Program-made: the position numbers and the translations under genes
The notes under the pieces: model-generated
The model's database searches: none
The model's input: only the letters and a program-made list of their open reading frames with translations
Told to the model about the DNA's origin: nothing
Origin: Chloroflexota bacterium
Lineage (GTDB): Bacteria > Chloroflexota > Limnocylindria > Limnocylindrales > CSP1-4
Direction: 5' to 3'
Assembly (NCBI GenBank): GCA_021802825.1
Contig: JAJZRG010000011.1
Location: forward strand, 2,581 to 66,580
Length of the DNA stretch: 64,000 nucleotides
In this document: positions 20,376 to 29,987 of the stretch, in pieces
Numbering within the stretch: the stretch's first letter is position 1
Layout of the letters: every line of letters starts with the position of its first letter

Positions 20376-21179
20376 ATGAGACGGACCGGCCTCCAACAAG
20401 CAGCAGACCGACGCACGCGAGCACTACGCCGCAACCTCGCCGAGCATCTCTGTCAACACCTCGCGGACGCCGGGATCTCGATCTGGCAGCTTGCGGCCGC
20501 AGCAGGGCTCTCGCACCCGCATGTGGCTCGGGTCCTCGCCGGCGAGGAGAGCCCAACTCCCGAGACGTACGGGCGGCTGGCTGCGGTGCTGGGCGCCGAC
20601 CTCACGATGCGCCTCTACCCGAACACCGGCCCGGCGATCCACGATCGCCACCAGGCGCCCATCCTCGAGCACCTCCTCGAGGTGCGCCATCCTCGCTGGA
20701 AGCCCCTCCAGGAGATCGCCGTGACGCGCCCGAGTCGCGGCTGGATCGACGTGGCGTTCCACGAGCCCCGCGAGCGGGTGATCGTGGCAAGCGAGGTCCA
20801 GAGCGTGCTGCTTCGGCTCGAGCATCTGATCCGCCGGTCGGCCGCCAAGGCCGATTCGCTGCCGTCATGGGACGACTGGACGCAGCTCGGCGACCAGCCC
20901 GCGATCAGCCGCCTGCTCGTCGTTCGGCGAACGCGCGCCACGCGCCAAGTGGCATGCGACTTCCAGCACCAGCTGAGGACCGCCAACCCCGCCCACCCCG
21001 ACGAGGCGATTGCGGCCCTCACGGGGACCGCCGCGTGGCCGGGCCCTGCGCTCGTCTGGGCGGTGATCGGGCGCGGGCGCGCGAGGCTCGCCCGGGCCGC
21101 TGACGACGAGCAGACGGCAAACATGGGTTCCGAGTGCGTGGCGATGACGCGCCGGCGGGCATGCGCGGTGTCGGACTGA
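20376..21179 (+). CDS. XRE-type HTH fused to a PD-(D/E)xK-like (restriction-fold) nuclease domain
   Basis: HTH: ISIWQLAAAAGLSHPHVARVLAGEESPT. Nuclease-like core: RGWIDVAF...VIVASEVQS (about 20737-20804). Confidence 0.7.
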   Translation: MRRTGLQQAADRRTRALRRNLAEHLCQHLADAGISIWQLAAAAGLSHPHVARVLAGEESPTPETYGRLAAVLGADLTMRLYPNTGPAIHDRHQAPILEHLLEVRHPRWKPLQEIAVTRPSRGWIDVAFHEPRERVIVASEVQSVLLRLEHLIRRSAAKADSLPSWDDWTQLGDQPAISRLLVVRRTRATRQVACDFQHQLRTANPAHPDEAIAALTGTAAWPGPALVWAVIGRGRARLARAADDEQTANMGSECVAMTRRRACAVSD

Positions 21180-21230
21180 GCGCCGCTGACGAGGCTGTCG
21201 GCTGGGCGACTACACGAGGGAGGCCGCGCG

Positions 21231-21833
21231 CTACTCGTCCTCGCCCTCGCCCGCTTCGGCCCGGAACGCCCGAAGCGCCTCGAACCGTGGGTCGATCGGG
21301 CCGTCGCCGTGGCTGTGGCCCGGCGAGAGGCGCTCGCCGCACTCCTCGCACAGGCCGGGGCAGCCGGGCTCGCACAGCGGCGCGATGGGCTCCTGGAGGC
21401 TGATCGCCTCGGCCACCAGCGGGCGCAGCTCGAGCTCGTGGTGGTCGGTCAGCCGCGGCGTCTCGGGGTCCTCGCCCTCCTCGAGCGTGACCGGCAGCCC
21501 GCTCGCGAGGTCGATCGTCGGCAGGACCTCCTCGGCGAGCTCGATCTGGACCTCGGTCTCGGTCGGCCGGAGGCACCGCGCGCACTCGCCTGCGAGCGCC
21601 GTGTTGAGATCGGATTCGACCACCAGCCCTCGGTTCGTCCGCAGGAGGCGGACCCTGCCCGAGACCGGGCGCGTCAGGACCAGCTCGTCCTCGCTCAGGT
21701 CCACGTCCACCCCGTCCACCGCGTATTCGCGGACCGAGCCCGGGGGCTCCGCCAGCAGGCCGGCCACGTTGAACGTCAGCGGGTCGCCGTGCGTGTCAAC
21801 CGGATGAGACGGGCGGGGGTCGCCTGAGCTCAT
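21231..21833 (-). CDS. yceD: DUF177/YceD family protein
   Basis: GECARCL and PIAPLCEPGCPGLCEECG...IDPRFEAL; normally directly upstream of rpmF. Confidence 0.92.
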   Translation of the reverse strand: MSSGDPRPSHPVDTHGDPLTFNVAGLLAEPPGSVREYAVDGVDVDLSEDELVLTRPVSGRVRLLRTNRGLVVESDLNTALAGECARCLRPTETEVQIELAEEVLPTIDLASGLPVTLEEGEDPETPRLTDHHELELRPLVAEAISLQEPIAPLCEPGCPGLCEECGERLSPGHSHGDGPIDPRFEALRAFRAEAGEGEDE

Positions 21834-22387
21834 CGCCTGGCGAGGTTCCCGAGCCCCTCGTCGTCGGTCGCGAGGCCGAGCTCGCCGTCGCCGGGATCGG
21901 GAGAGGCGGCAGCCTCGGGCCCCGGCTGCACCGCGTACGCCGCGCTCCGCTCCTCAAGCACCGCGATCCCGCGCTCGATCCCGTGCAGGGTGCGTGTCAC
22001 CTCGGCCTCGAGGGCGGCGAGGACGCCTGCCGCGTACTCGTCGGCGCCGCGGCGGATGTCGCGGGCGTCGTCGTCGGCCTCCATGAGGATCCGGCGGCTC
22101 TCCGCGTGCGCGGCCTCGGTCAGCCCCCGCTCCCCGATGAGGAACGCGGCCTGCTCCTGGGCCCGGGCGACGATGCGCTCGGCCTCCTCCTGGGCCTTCT
22201 CGATGATCCGCTCACCCTCGGTGTTGATCCGCTTGGCAGCGCGGACCTCCTCGGGCACGGCAACGCGAAGCTCGTCGATGAGGTTGAGCGCCTGCTCGCG
22301 GTCGACGATCGCGCTCTTGGTCAGCGGCAATGGCTTCCCATTGGCGATCAGGGACTCCAGGCGCTCGACGAGGAAGATGATGTCCAG
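21830..22387 (-). CDS. DivIVA-like / ATP synthase subunit b-like coiled-coil protein
   Basis: Conserved coaD-to-yceD position; LDIIFLVERLESLIANGKPLPLT N-terminus; EAERIVARAQE coiled coil. Start inferred at CTG 22387. Confidence 0.75.
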   Translation of the reverse strand: MDIIFLVERLESLIANGKPLPLTKSAIVDREQALNLIDELRVAVPEEVRAAKRINTEGERIIEKAQEEAERIVARAQEQAAFLIGERGLTEAAHAESRRILMEADDDARDIRRGADEYAAGVLAALEAEVTRTLHGIERGIAVLEERSAAYAVQPGPEAAASPDPGDGELGLATDDEGLGNLARR

Positions 22388-22440
22388 CGGTCGGCTCCCC
22401 AGCGCTCGACGGCCCCGGGAGGGGCCCGCTCGTTCCGCTG

Positions 22441-22449
22441 ATTATGGCA
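22441..22449 (-). promoter_or_regulatory. Extended -10 promoter (TGcCATAAT)
   Basis: Minus-strand TGCCATAAT about 55 nt upstream of the coiled-coil gene start. Confidence 0.5.
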
Positions 22450-22577
22450 CGCCGGTGTGGGACGTTCCGCACCTAGTGCGTGCAGGGAGCGAACGTCACG
22501 ACCAGCTGGTAACAGGCTACGACACGGCGATCTCAAGGCGTGTCGCAATAACCCGCGCGGGTCCGAGGCGCCTCCCG

Positions 22578-23069
22578 CTAGCGCAGGCGCGCCCTCATCG
22601 CGGCCTCGGCGTCGGGCGGCACCATGCGCGACACGTCCCCGCCGAACATCGCGATCTCCTTGACCAGGCTCGAGCTGACATAGCTGTGCTCGAGGGAGGT
22701 CATGAAGAACACGGTGTCGACGTCGGGCGCGAGCTCGTGGTTGTTGTGCGCGAGCTGGAGCTCGGCCTCGAAATCTGCGATCGCGCGGAGGCCACGGACG
22801 AGCGACGATGCGCCGACCACGTGGCAGAAGTCCACGGTCAGGCCGTCGAACGTCCGGACCTCGACCCGGCCGCCGGCGAGCTCGGGGTCGGCCGCGATCG
22901 CAGCCTCGAGGACGGCGACGCGGGTGTCCGTCGCGAGCAGGGGCGACTTCCGGGGGTTGGCGAGGACGGCCACGACGACGCGGCCGAAGACGCGGGCGGC
23001 CCGCCGCAGGACGTCGAGGTGACCGTAGGTGACGGGGTCGAATGAGCCCGGGTAGACCGCGACGCTCAC
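22578..23069 (-). CDS. coaD: Phosphopantetheine adenylyltransferase
   Basis: AVYPGSFDPVTYGH, LVRGLR.. DFEAE and SSSLVKEIA motifs. Confidence 0.97.
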   Translation of the reverse strand: MSVAVYPGSFDPVTYGHLDVLRRAARVFGRVVVAVLANPRKSPLLATDTRVAVLEAAIAADPELAGGRVEVRTFDGLTVDFCHVVGASSLVRGLRAIADFEAELQLAHNNHELAPDVDTVFFMTSLEHSYVSSSLVKEIAMFGGDVSRMVPPDAEAAMRARLR

Positions 23070-23665
23070 GACTCGCCCGCCTCCTCGCTGTCGCGGCAGC
23101 CATCGCGCCGCCGGTAGAACGTCAGCGACGTCTCCCCGAAGCGCCGCTCCCGGACGGATGCTAGCAGCCCGGCCCGCATCGGCGGGGCGTCGCGCCAGAA
23201 GTGCTTGGCGACGACGACGCCCCCAGGGGTGAGGTGGACGCCCACGAGCTCAAGGGCGTGGGCCAGCGCATCCGTGTCCGCATACGGCGGGTCCACGAGC
23301 ACGACGTCGAACGGGCCAGCCGCGACCGCGCCGGTGGCGGCGCCCAGCCAAGCGATGGCGTCGCCCCTCACGACCTCGCCCTGCGCCGTGAGCCCGGCGC
23401 GACGGAGGTTCTCCGCGATCACCCTGGCCGCCCCGCCGTCCTGCTCCACGAACACGGCCCGCGCGGCGCCCCGCGACAGCGCCTCGATCCCCCCCGCCCC
23501 GCTGCCGGCGAACAGGTCGAGCACGACGGCTGCCTCGAGCTCGGGCTCGAGCACCGCGAACAGCGTCTGCTTCACGCGGTCGGCCAGCGGGCGCGTGCCC
23601 GGACCGGGCGCCGCGAGCCGGACGCCTTTCGCCAATCCCGCGATGACTCGGCCCGCATCCGCCAT
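23066..23665 (-). CDS. rsmD: 16S rRNA m2G966 methyltransferase RsmD
   Basis: RVIAG..KG, DRVKQTLF, LDLFAGSG and DPPY motifs. Confidence 0.93.
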   Translation of the reverse strand: MADAGRVIAGLAKGVRLAAPGPGTRPLADRVKQTLFAVLEPELEAAVVLDLFAGSGAGGIEALSRGAARAVFVEQDGGAARVIAENLRRAGLTAQGEVVRGDAIAWLGAATGAVAAGPFDVVLVDPPYADTDALAHALELVGVHLTPGGVVVAKHFWRDAPPMRAGLLASVRERRFGETSLTFYRRRDGCRDSEEAGES

Positions 23666-23688
23666 GCCGCTCCCCTCCCCTGCCAGCC

Positions 23689-26004
23689 CTACGCCGCGCT
23701 CGCCGGGTCGCCGGCGAACACACGCGCGAGCCAGCCCGAGGTGAGCTCGCGTGCCAGGTCGGGCAGCCCGGCCCTCAGGCGGCCATCGTCGTCGAGCAGC
23801 GCCTCGGCATGGCGGCGGGCCAAGGCCGCGAGCTCGCGGTGCTCGGGGTTGGTGAGCGTGGCGACCCGCAGCCGGGGCAGGCCGCTCTGCGCGAGGCCCA
23901 GCACATTGCCCTCCCGGCGGAGCTCGAAGTCGCGCTCCGCGAGCTCGAAGCCGTCGGTCGTGGCGGCGACAGCGCGCAGGCGCTCGTGCTCCGTGGTGCC
24001 CTCGGCCGCCTCGGACACGAGCACGCAGAACGACTCCACCGTGCCGCGCCCGACCCGGCCGCGGAGCTGGTGGAGCTGCGCGAGGCCGAAGCGCTCCGCG
24101 CCCTCGATGACCATCATCGTGGCCTCCGGGACGTCGACGCCCACCTCGACCACGGTCGTCCCGACCAGCACATCGAGCTCCCCGTCGCGGAAGCGGGCCA
24201 TCTCGCGGTCACGGTCCGCGGCCTTGAGGCGCCCGTGGACGAGGCCCACCTGAAGCGGCGCCAGCTCGGCCGTCAGGCGCTCGAACTCGGCTTCGGCCGC
24301 CACGGCCCACGCCGTCTCGAGGTCCTCGTCGGGGAGCTCGTCGTCGCCGATCCAGCCCTCGTCGTCGGCCGACCCGTCCCCGGCGCCGTCGCCCGACCCC
24401 CCGCTGCCCGCCGCCGGCCCGATCCTGGGCACCACCACGAACGTCCGGTGGCCCAGCGCCGCCTCGTCGCGCACCTTGCGCCACGTCCCGTCGAGGTCCG
24501 CCGGGCGCCGGATCCCCGTCCGGATCGGGACGCGGCCCGCGGGCGCGCCGCGCAGCGTGGACACGTCGAGGTCCGCGTAGAGCACCTGGCCCAGCGTGCG
24601 CGGGATCGGCGTGGCGGTCATCAGCAGGACGTGCGGCTGGCGACCGGAGCCGGCCTTCGCCTCGAGCGACCCGCGCTGCTCGACACCGAAGCGGTGCTGC
24701 TCGTCGACCACGGCCAGCGCGAGGTCCGCGAACGACACCTTCTCCTGGAGCAGCGCATGCGTGCCCACGACCACCCGCGCCTGCCCCGTCGCGATGGCCT
24801 CAAGCGCGTTCCGCCGTGCCTTCGCCTCGAGCGAGCCGGTGAGCAGCGTGACGGGGATGCCCAGGTCCTCGAGCAGCGCGGCCACGGTGGCGAGGTGCTG
24901 GCGGGCGAGCAGGTCGGTGGGGGCCAGCATCGCCGCCTGACGGCCGGCGAGCGCCGCCGCCGCCAGGGCCCATGCGGCGACGGCCGTCTTGCCCGAACCG
25001 ACGTCGCCCTGGATGAGGCGGAGCATGGGCGTGGAGCGGCCGAGGTCAGCGCGGATCTCGTCGATCGCCTGTGCCTGATCGGGCGTGAGCGACGCCTCGA
25101 AGCCCACCCTGCGGCCAAGCGAGGCCTCGAGAGCCCCCCGCATCGCAGCGTCGCGCGCGTCCTCAACGGCGATCGGCGCGGCGAGGTCGCGCCCGCGGGA
25201 CCGACGGCGCGCCACCATGCCCACCTGGAGGGCGAGGAGCTCGTCGTAGGCGAGCCGCCGGAGCGCGGCGTCGCGCGTCTCGAAGTCCGGCGGGTAGTGG
25301 ACGGTCTCGAGCGCCTCGGCGATTGGCGGCGAGGCGGCCTCGCGGCGCAGCTTGGACGGCAGGTACTCGGGGTAGGCGCGCCCGTCACGGTCGAGGGCCT
25401 CGCGCATCGCCGCCCGCAGGCGGGTGGCCGTGACACCGGCCGTGAGCCGGTAGACGGGGACGATCCGCCCGGCGTGGAGCAGCGACACGGCGGACGCGGG
25501 CTGGAAGTCGGGCCCCTCGATGACCACCGAGAAGCCGCGCCGCTTGAGCTTGCCTGACACGATGATCTCGTCGCCCTCGTGGAGCCGGCGCTCGACGAAC
25601 CGGCGCCCGAACCAGGTGGCTTCGGCAGTCCCGGTGTCGTCTTCGAGATGGGCGGTCGTGACCTGCACCTTGCGCCGCCACGTCTGCTGGACGCGCACGG
25701 ACGTGACCCGCACCCGAGCCGACACCACCGTCCCGTCGGGCACGTAATGCAGGTTGGCCAGCTGCATCAACTCGCGCAGGTCGTCGTAGCGGCGCGGGAG
25801 GTGGAATAGGAGGTCGCGCACCGTCTCGATGCCCAGCCGTCGTCCCGCTCGCCGGAGCGGCCCGACGGCCGCCAGCCCGGACAGCGCGAGAGGCAGCGCC
25901 AGGCGCGCCACGGGATCGTCGGGGATGGGCACCGCGCCGCGCGCGGCCGTGGGGCGCAGCGACCGGCTGCCGCGTCCGGGCCCGGGGCGCCGACGCTCGC
26001 TCAC
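23689..26004 (-). CDS. recG: ATP-dependent DNA helicase RecG
   Basis: QGDVGSGKT, DEQHRFG, MTATPIPRT and QLHQLRGRVGRG motifs. Confidence 0.97.
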   Translation of the reverse strand: MSERRRPGPGRGSRSLRPTAARGAVPIPDDPVARLALPLALSGLAAVGPLRRAGRRLGIETVRDLLFHLPRRYDDLRELMQLANLHYVPDGTVVSARVRVTSVRVQQTWRRKVQVTTAHLEDDTGTAEATWFGRRFVERRLHEGDEIIVSGKLKRRGFSVVIEGPDFQPASAVSLLHAGRIVPVYRLTAGVTATRLRAAMREALDRDGRAYPEYLPSKLRREAASPPIAEALETVHYPPDFETRDAALRRLAYDELLALQVGMVARRRSRGRDLAAPIAVEDARDAAMRGALEASLGRRVGFEASLTPDQAQAIDEIRADLGRSTPMLRLIQGDVGSGKTAVAAWALAAAALAGRQAAMLAPTDLLARQHLATVAALLEDLGIPVTLLTGSLEAKARRNALEAIATGQARVVVGTHALLQEKVSFADLALAVVDEQHRFGVEQRGSLEAKAGSGRQPHVLLMTATPIPRTLGQVLYADLDVSTLRGAPAGRVPIRTGIRRPADLDGTWRKVRDEAALGHRTFVVVPRIGPAAGSGGSGDGAGDGSADDEGWIGDDELPDEDLETAWAVAAEAEFERLTAELAPLQVGLVHGRLKAADRDREMARFRDGELDVLVGTTVVEVGVDVPEATMMVIEGAERFGLAQLHQLRGRVGRGTVESFCVLVSEAAEGTTEHERLRAVAATTDGFELAERDFELRREGNVLGLAQSGLPRLRVATLTNPEHRELAALARRHAEALLDDDGRLRAGLPDLARELTSGWLARVFAGDPASAA

Positions 26005-27785
26005 TCGGCGGAGATCAGGTACCGGTAGTGGGGCTGACCGCCGTGGAGGACCTCGACCTCGGCGCCCGGCGCGACCTCGTGGATCCTCGACGCGAGCTCC
26101 TCGGCGTCCTCAAGGCTCGCCTCGGCCCCGTAGTAGACCTCGACGATCTCGAACCCGCCCTTCATCCGCCCGAACGCGGTGATGACGGCGCGGTTCGCGT
26201 CGTTGTCGAGCGCGAGGAGGCCATCGTCGGGGTCGAGGACCATGGTCTGGCCCTTCTTGACCTTCTTGCCTGACACGGTCGCATCGCGCACGGCCTCAGT
26301 CACCTGCACCGACAGGATCGCGCGCGCCGCGGCCGTCATCGCCTCGGCGTTCTCCTCCGCGTCCTGCGCGGGGTCCAGTCGGAGCAGGGCCGCGACGCCC
26401 TCTGCGCAATTGCGCGTCGGGACGATGTGGACCACGCGATCCGTCATTGAGGCTACCTGCTTCGCCGCCAGGATGACGTTGGGATTGTTGGGCAGGATCA
26501 GCAGCTCGTCAGCCGGCGTGGAGGTGACGGCGTCGAGCAGCTCGCCCGTGGACGGGTTGGCGGTCTGGCCACCGCGCACGACACGGAAGGCGACGTACTC
26601 CTTGAACCCCTCGGCCGTCATCGAGAGGCGCTCGGCGAGGCCCTCCGAGGGCGCAACAACCACCACGCCGAGGGGCATCCGCGTCGCCGGAAGGCGCTCT
26701 GCCATAGCGGTCCTGGCGGAGGTGGCCATCGCGCGCGCGAACGGGTCGCCGTAGGCGGGCGCGGGCCAGGTCCCGGCCACGCTCGCCGCGTCCTCGAGGA
26801 AGGCGGCCGCCCTCGCCTCGCGCACGTCGCTCGCCTGGCCGTCGAGGTTCTCGATGGTGATACGCGTGAGCGTCCCCACCGAGAGCCCGTACGCGACGAC
26901 CGCGTCAGGCCGGTCGTTGTGGACATGGACCTTGGCGACCGCCTCGTCGCCCGCGACGAGCACCGAATCGCCGATGGACTCGAGGTAGGCGCTCATCGCC
27001 CGCGGGTCGAGCCGCTCACCGGGACGCGCATGGACGAGATAGACGGTCTCGTAGCCGTAGGCCGTCTTCTCCGCGCCGCCGACAAGGACGGGCAGCCGCG
27101 GCGCGGGACGTGGCACGCCGTCCGCTAGGACGGCCACCTCCTGCTCGCCGCTCACGGGCAGGCCGCGGACCGCCGCGAGCGCGCCCTCGAACAGGCGGAA
27201 TAGCCCCTGGCCACCGGAGTCCACCACCTTCGCCTCGCGCAGGACCTCGAGCAGCGTCGGCGTCTTGGCGACGGAGCGCTCCGCGGCCTCGACTGTTGCG
27301 ACCAGGACCGCCTCGGCCTCGTTGTCGCGCTCCGCGGCGGCGATCGCCGCGGCAGACGCCTCGCGGATGACGGTCAGGATGGTGCCCTCGACGGGGCGCT
27401 GGACGGCGGCGTAAGCCTTCTTCGATCCGGCGTCGAGCGCGTGGGCGAGGTCGAGGCCGTTGAACTGGCGCTTGCCGTCAAGGGCGTGGGCGATGCCGCC
27501 GAGGATCTGGCTGGTGATCACGCCCGAGTTGCCGCGGGCCCCCATGAGCGCGCCCTGCGCCACAGCGTGAGTCACGCGGCCGGCGTCGGCCTCGGGACCG
27601 ACACTGAGCGCATCGGCGGCGTCGAGCGCAGCGCGCACGGTGGCCAGCATGTTGGAGCCCGTGTCGCCGTCGGGCACGGGGAAGACGTTGAGGGCGTTGA
27701 CCTCGTCCACGTGGGCGGCGAGGTTGGCGACCGCGCTCCGGAAGGCGACGAGGAATCGGGTGCCGTCGCAGGCCCGGCGGGGCAT
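26001..27785 (-). CDS. DAK2 domain protein (fatty acid kinase subunit A-like)
   Basis: NALNVFPVPDGDTGSNM, GARGNSG, VDSGGQG and GGQTANPST motifs. Start placed at ATG 27785. Confidence 0.92.
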   Translation of the reverse strand: MPRRACDGTRFLVAFRSAVANLAAHVDEVNALNVFPVPDGDTGSNMLATVRAALDAADALSVGPEADAGRVTHAVAQGALMGARGNSGVITSQILGGIAHALDGKRQFNGLDLAHALDAGSKKAYAAVQRPVEGTILTVIREASAAAIAAAERDNEAEAVLVATVEAAERSVAKTPTLLEVLREAKVVDSGGQGLFRLFEGALAAVRGLPVSGEQEVAVLADGVPRPAPRLPVLVGGAEKTAYGYETVYLVHARPGERLDPRAMSAYLESIGDSVLVAGDEAVAKVHVHNDRPDAVVAYGLSVGTLTRITIENLDGQASDVREARAAAFLEDAASVAGTWPAPAYGDPFARAMATSARTAMAERLPATRMPLGVVVVAPSEGLAERLSMTAEGFKEYVAFRVVRGGQTANPSTGELLDAVTSTPADELLILPNNPNVILAAKQVASMTDRVVHIVPTRNCAEGVAALLRLDPAQDAEENAEAMTAAARAILSVQVTEAVRDATVSGKKVKKGQTMVLDPDDGLLALDNDANRAVITAFGRMKGGFEIVEVYYGAEASLEDAEELASRIHEVAPGAEVEVLHGGQPHYRYLISAE

Positions 27786-27810
27786 CAGGCGCGACCCGTC
27801 CGGCGCCGTA

Positions 27811-28236
27811 TCACGCGACGTCCGTTCCGCTGGCGGCCAGGTCGCCAGGCCCCGGTTCGCCGGGCGTCGCGGACGCGTTGCGGAGGGGCGCGAGCCCTTG
27901 TTCGTGGCGGAGGCGGCCGATCTTGATCGCGACCCGCTCCGGCTCCCGCCCAATCGCGTGGCGCAGCGTGTAGCGAACGGCCGACTCGACCTGGCGCGCC
28001 ACCTCGGCCACGGGCAGTCCGTAGGCCACCAGGAGGTCAAGGTCAACGCTGAGCGCGGGCACGAGCGTGACCCGGAGCCCGGGGTTGCCGAAGCCGACGC
28101 GGTCCAGGAGCCTGCCCACTCGCCCGCCACCGGCGAACCCGGAGACGCCATAGACCGACAGCACGGCCGTCCGGACCAGCTCGCGCACGGCGCGCTTGGT
28201 CACGAGCGATCGGCCGGGTACGGGTTCGACGCTCAC
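27811..28236 (-). CDS. Asp23/Gls24 family protein
   Basis: AVLSVYGVSG...VDLDLLVAYG..VAEVARQVESAVRY; canonical position between rpmB and DAK2. Start at GTG 28236 after GAGGAGG. Confidence 0.85.
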   Translation of the reverse strand: MSVEPVPGRSLVTKRAVRELVRTAVLSVYGVSGFAGGGRVGRLLDRVGFGNPGLRVTLVPALSVDLDLLVAYGLPVAEVARQVESAVRYTLRHAIGREPERVAIKIGRLRHEQGLAPLRNASATPGEPGPGDLAASGTDVA

Positions 28237-28402
28237 GCGGGCGACGTCCTCCTCGCGGGTCGCGGGCCGACGGACGCCGGCCTGATCGGGCGGCAACGGG
28301 GCGGCACCCCCGAAGGCGTGTGCTACGATACCACCCCGTTTCCGCCGGTCGAACCGGTGAGCCGTCGGCCTGCCGACACATGTCCGAGGAACCAACAAGA
28401 CT

Positions 28403-28600
28403 ATGGCTCGTGCCTGCGCAATCTGCGGCAAGGCGTCGATGGGCGGCTTTAACGCCCAGTCGTCGGGGATGAACCGCGTCCGCGCCCATCGCCGCTACCA
28501 GCCGAACCTCCAACTCACGGTCGTCGCCAAAGGCGCAGGGACAGAGAAGGCCCTCGCCTGCACGCGCTGCCGCCGCACGCTGACCAAGAGCGCCCGCTAG
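28403..28600 (+). CDS. rpmB: 50S ribosomal protein L28 (Zn-binding form)
   Basis: MARACAICGK...HRRYQPNLQ...ACTRCRRTL. Confidence 0.95.
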   Translation: MARACAICGKASMGGFNAQSSGMNRVRAHRRYQPNLQLTVVAKGAGTEKALACTRCRRTLTKSAR

Positions 28601-28811
28601 CCCAACTCGGCGGGTTCTGCCGGAGCCGGTCGCGACGCCGCGGCCGGCTTCTTCGTGATCCGGCCCCGACACAAGCGGGTGGCCGACGCCGCAGCCGACG
28701 ATGCGGCCGAGGCGAGCGCGTCCGTCCCGGCCGGGCCGCAGGCCGCCACCACGACAGCCAGCTCCGGGAGGACCGCCAGCCGCACGAACGGCGGCGCCCT
28801 GCGGCGGGCGC

Positions 28812-29258
28812 TCAGCGCTCCGCGGTGTCGAGCCAGATCGTGAACGGCCCGTCGTTGACCAGCTCGACCGCCATCTGCGCGCCGAACTCGCCCAGCGCCG
28901 TGCGGACGCCGTGCGCCTCGATCCCCGCCGCCACCCGGCGCCAGAGCTCGATCGCCACGTCCGGCGCCGCCGCATCGGTGAACCCGGGGCGCCTGCCGCG
29001 CCGCGTGTCGGCGTAGAGCGTGAACTGGCTCACCACGAGCGCCTCGCCGCCGACGTCGAGCAGCGAGCGGTTCGTCCGCCCGTCCTGGTCCTCGAAGATG
29101 CGCAGCTCGCACACGCGCCGGGCGAGGGCGTCCGCCGTGTCGGCGTCGTCATCGTGGCCCACTCCCAGCAGGACCAGCAGCCCCGGGCCGATCGATCCCA
29201 CCGACCGCTCCCCCACCCTGACCTCGGCCCGGGTCACCCGCTGGAGCAGCGCGCGCAC
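28812..29258 (-). CDS. dtd: D-aminoacyl-tRNA deacylase
   Basis: MRALLQRV, SQFTL and NDGPFT motifs. Confidence 0.96.
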   Translation of the reverse strand: MRALLQRVTRAEVRVGERSVGSIGPGLLVLLGVGHDDDADTADALARRVCELRIFEDQDGRTNRSLLDVGGEALVVSQFTLYADTRRGRRPGFTDAAAPDVAIELWRRVAAGIEAHGVRTALGEFGAQMAVELVNDGPFTIWLDTAER

Positions 29259-29262
29259 GCCG

Positions 29263-29961
29263 CTAGGCCAGCGTGGCGGCGCGGGCTGCGGAGGCGATGG
29301 CGCGGATCCGCTCCACCTCGGCGGCCATGTCGTCGGCGCGGTACAGCGCGGAGCCCGCGACGATCACGTCGGTCCCGCCCCGGCCGATCACCTCGGCTGT
29401 CGCGGCCCGCCCGCCCCCGTCCACCTGGACCTCGTTCGCGCCGCCCGGCGCCAGCCAGGCGCGTGCCGCCAGCAGCTTCGCGTCGGCGACGTCGGTCATG
29501 AACGACTGCCCGCCGAACCCCGGCTCGACGGTCATGACGAGCACGATGTCGAGCAGCGCGCGGTACGGGTCGAGGGCCGCGAGCGGCGTCTTCGGCTTGA
29601 CCGCCAGGCCCGCCCAGCGGCCCGCCTCACGGATGCGGGCGAGCGCGGGCGCGATCTGCGGCGCGGCGACCTCCACGTGGAACGTGATCGAGTCGCAGCC
29701 CGCGTCGAGGAACTGCTCGGTCCAGCGGCCCGGCTCGGCGATCATCAGGTGAGCGTCGAAGGGCAGCGACGTGACCCGCCGGAGCGCCTCGATGGTCCTC
29801 CAGCCGAACGTCAGGTTCGGCACGAAGTGCCCGTCCATCACGTCGAGGTGGATCCGGTCGGCGCCCGCGTCGTCAGCCCGGCGCACCTCGTCGGCCAGGC
29901 GCCCCATGTCGGAGTCCAGGATGCTCGCGGCGATCAGCGCCAGCGGCTGGCGCTCGGTCAC
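29263..29961 (-). CDS. rpe: Ribulose-phosphate 3-epimerase
   Basis: IHLDVMDGHFVPNLTFG, DAHLMI, MTVEPGFGGQSF and QVDGG motifs. Start placed at GTG 29961. Confidence 0.96.
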   Translation of the reverse strand: MTERQPLALIAASILDSDMGRLADEVRRADDAGADRIHLDVMDGHFVPNLTFGWRTIEALRRVTSLPFDAHLMIAEPGRWTEQFLDAGCDSITFHVEVAAPQIAPALARIREAGRWAGLAVKPKTPLAALDPYRALLDIVLVMTVEPGFGGQSFMTDVADAKLLAARAWLAPGGANEVQVDGGGRAATAEVIGRGGTDVIVAGSALYRADDMAAEVERIRAIASAARAATLA

Positions 29962-29987
29962 CGGCGCTCCCTGGCGAGGTGCGTCCC

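Noticed and set aside
19893-21103. ORFs 19893..20399 (-) and 20099..21103 (+) with repeated peptides
   Set aside because: The peptide repeats follow simply from the 96-bp DNA repeat. Neither has an RBS or a recognisable domain, and the second overlaps the HTH-nuclease gene out of frame.
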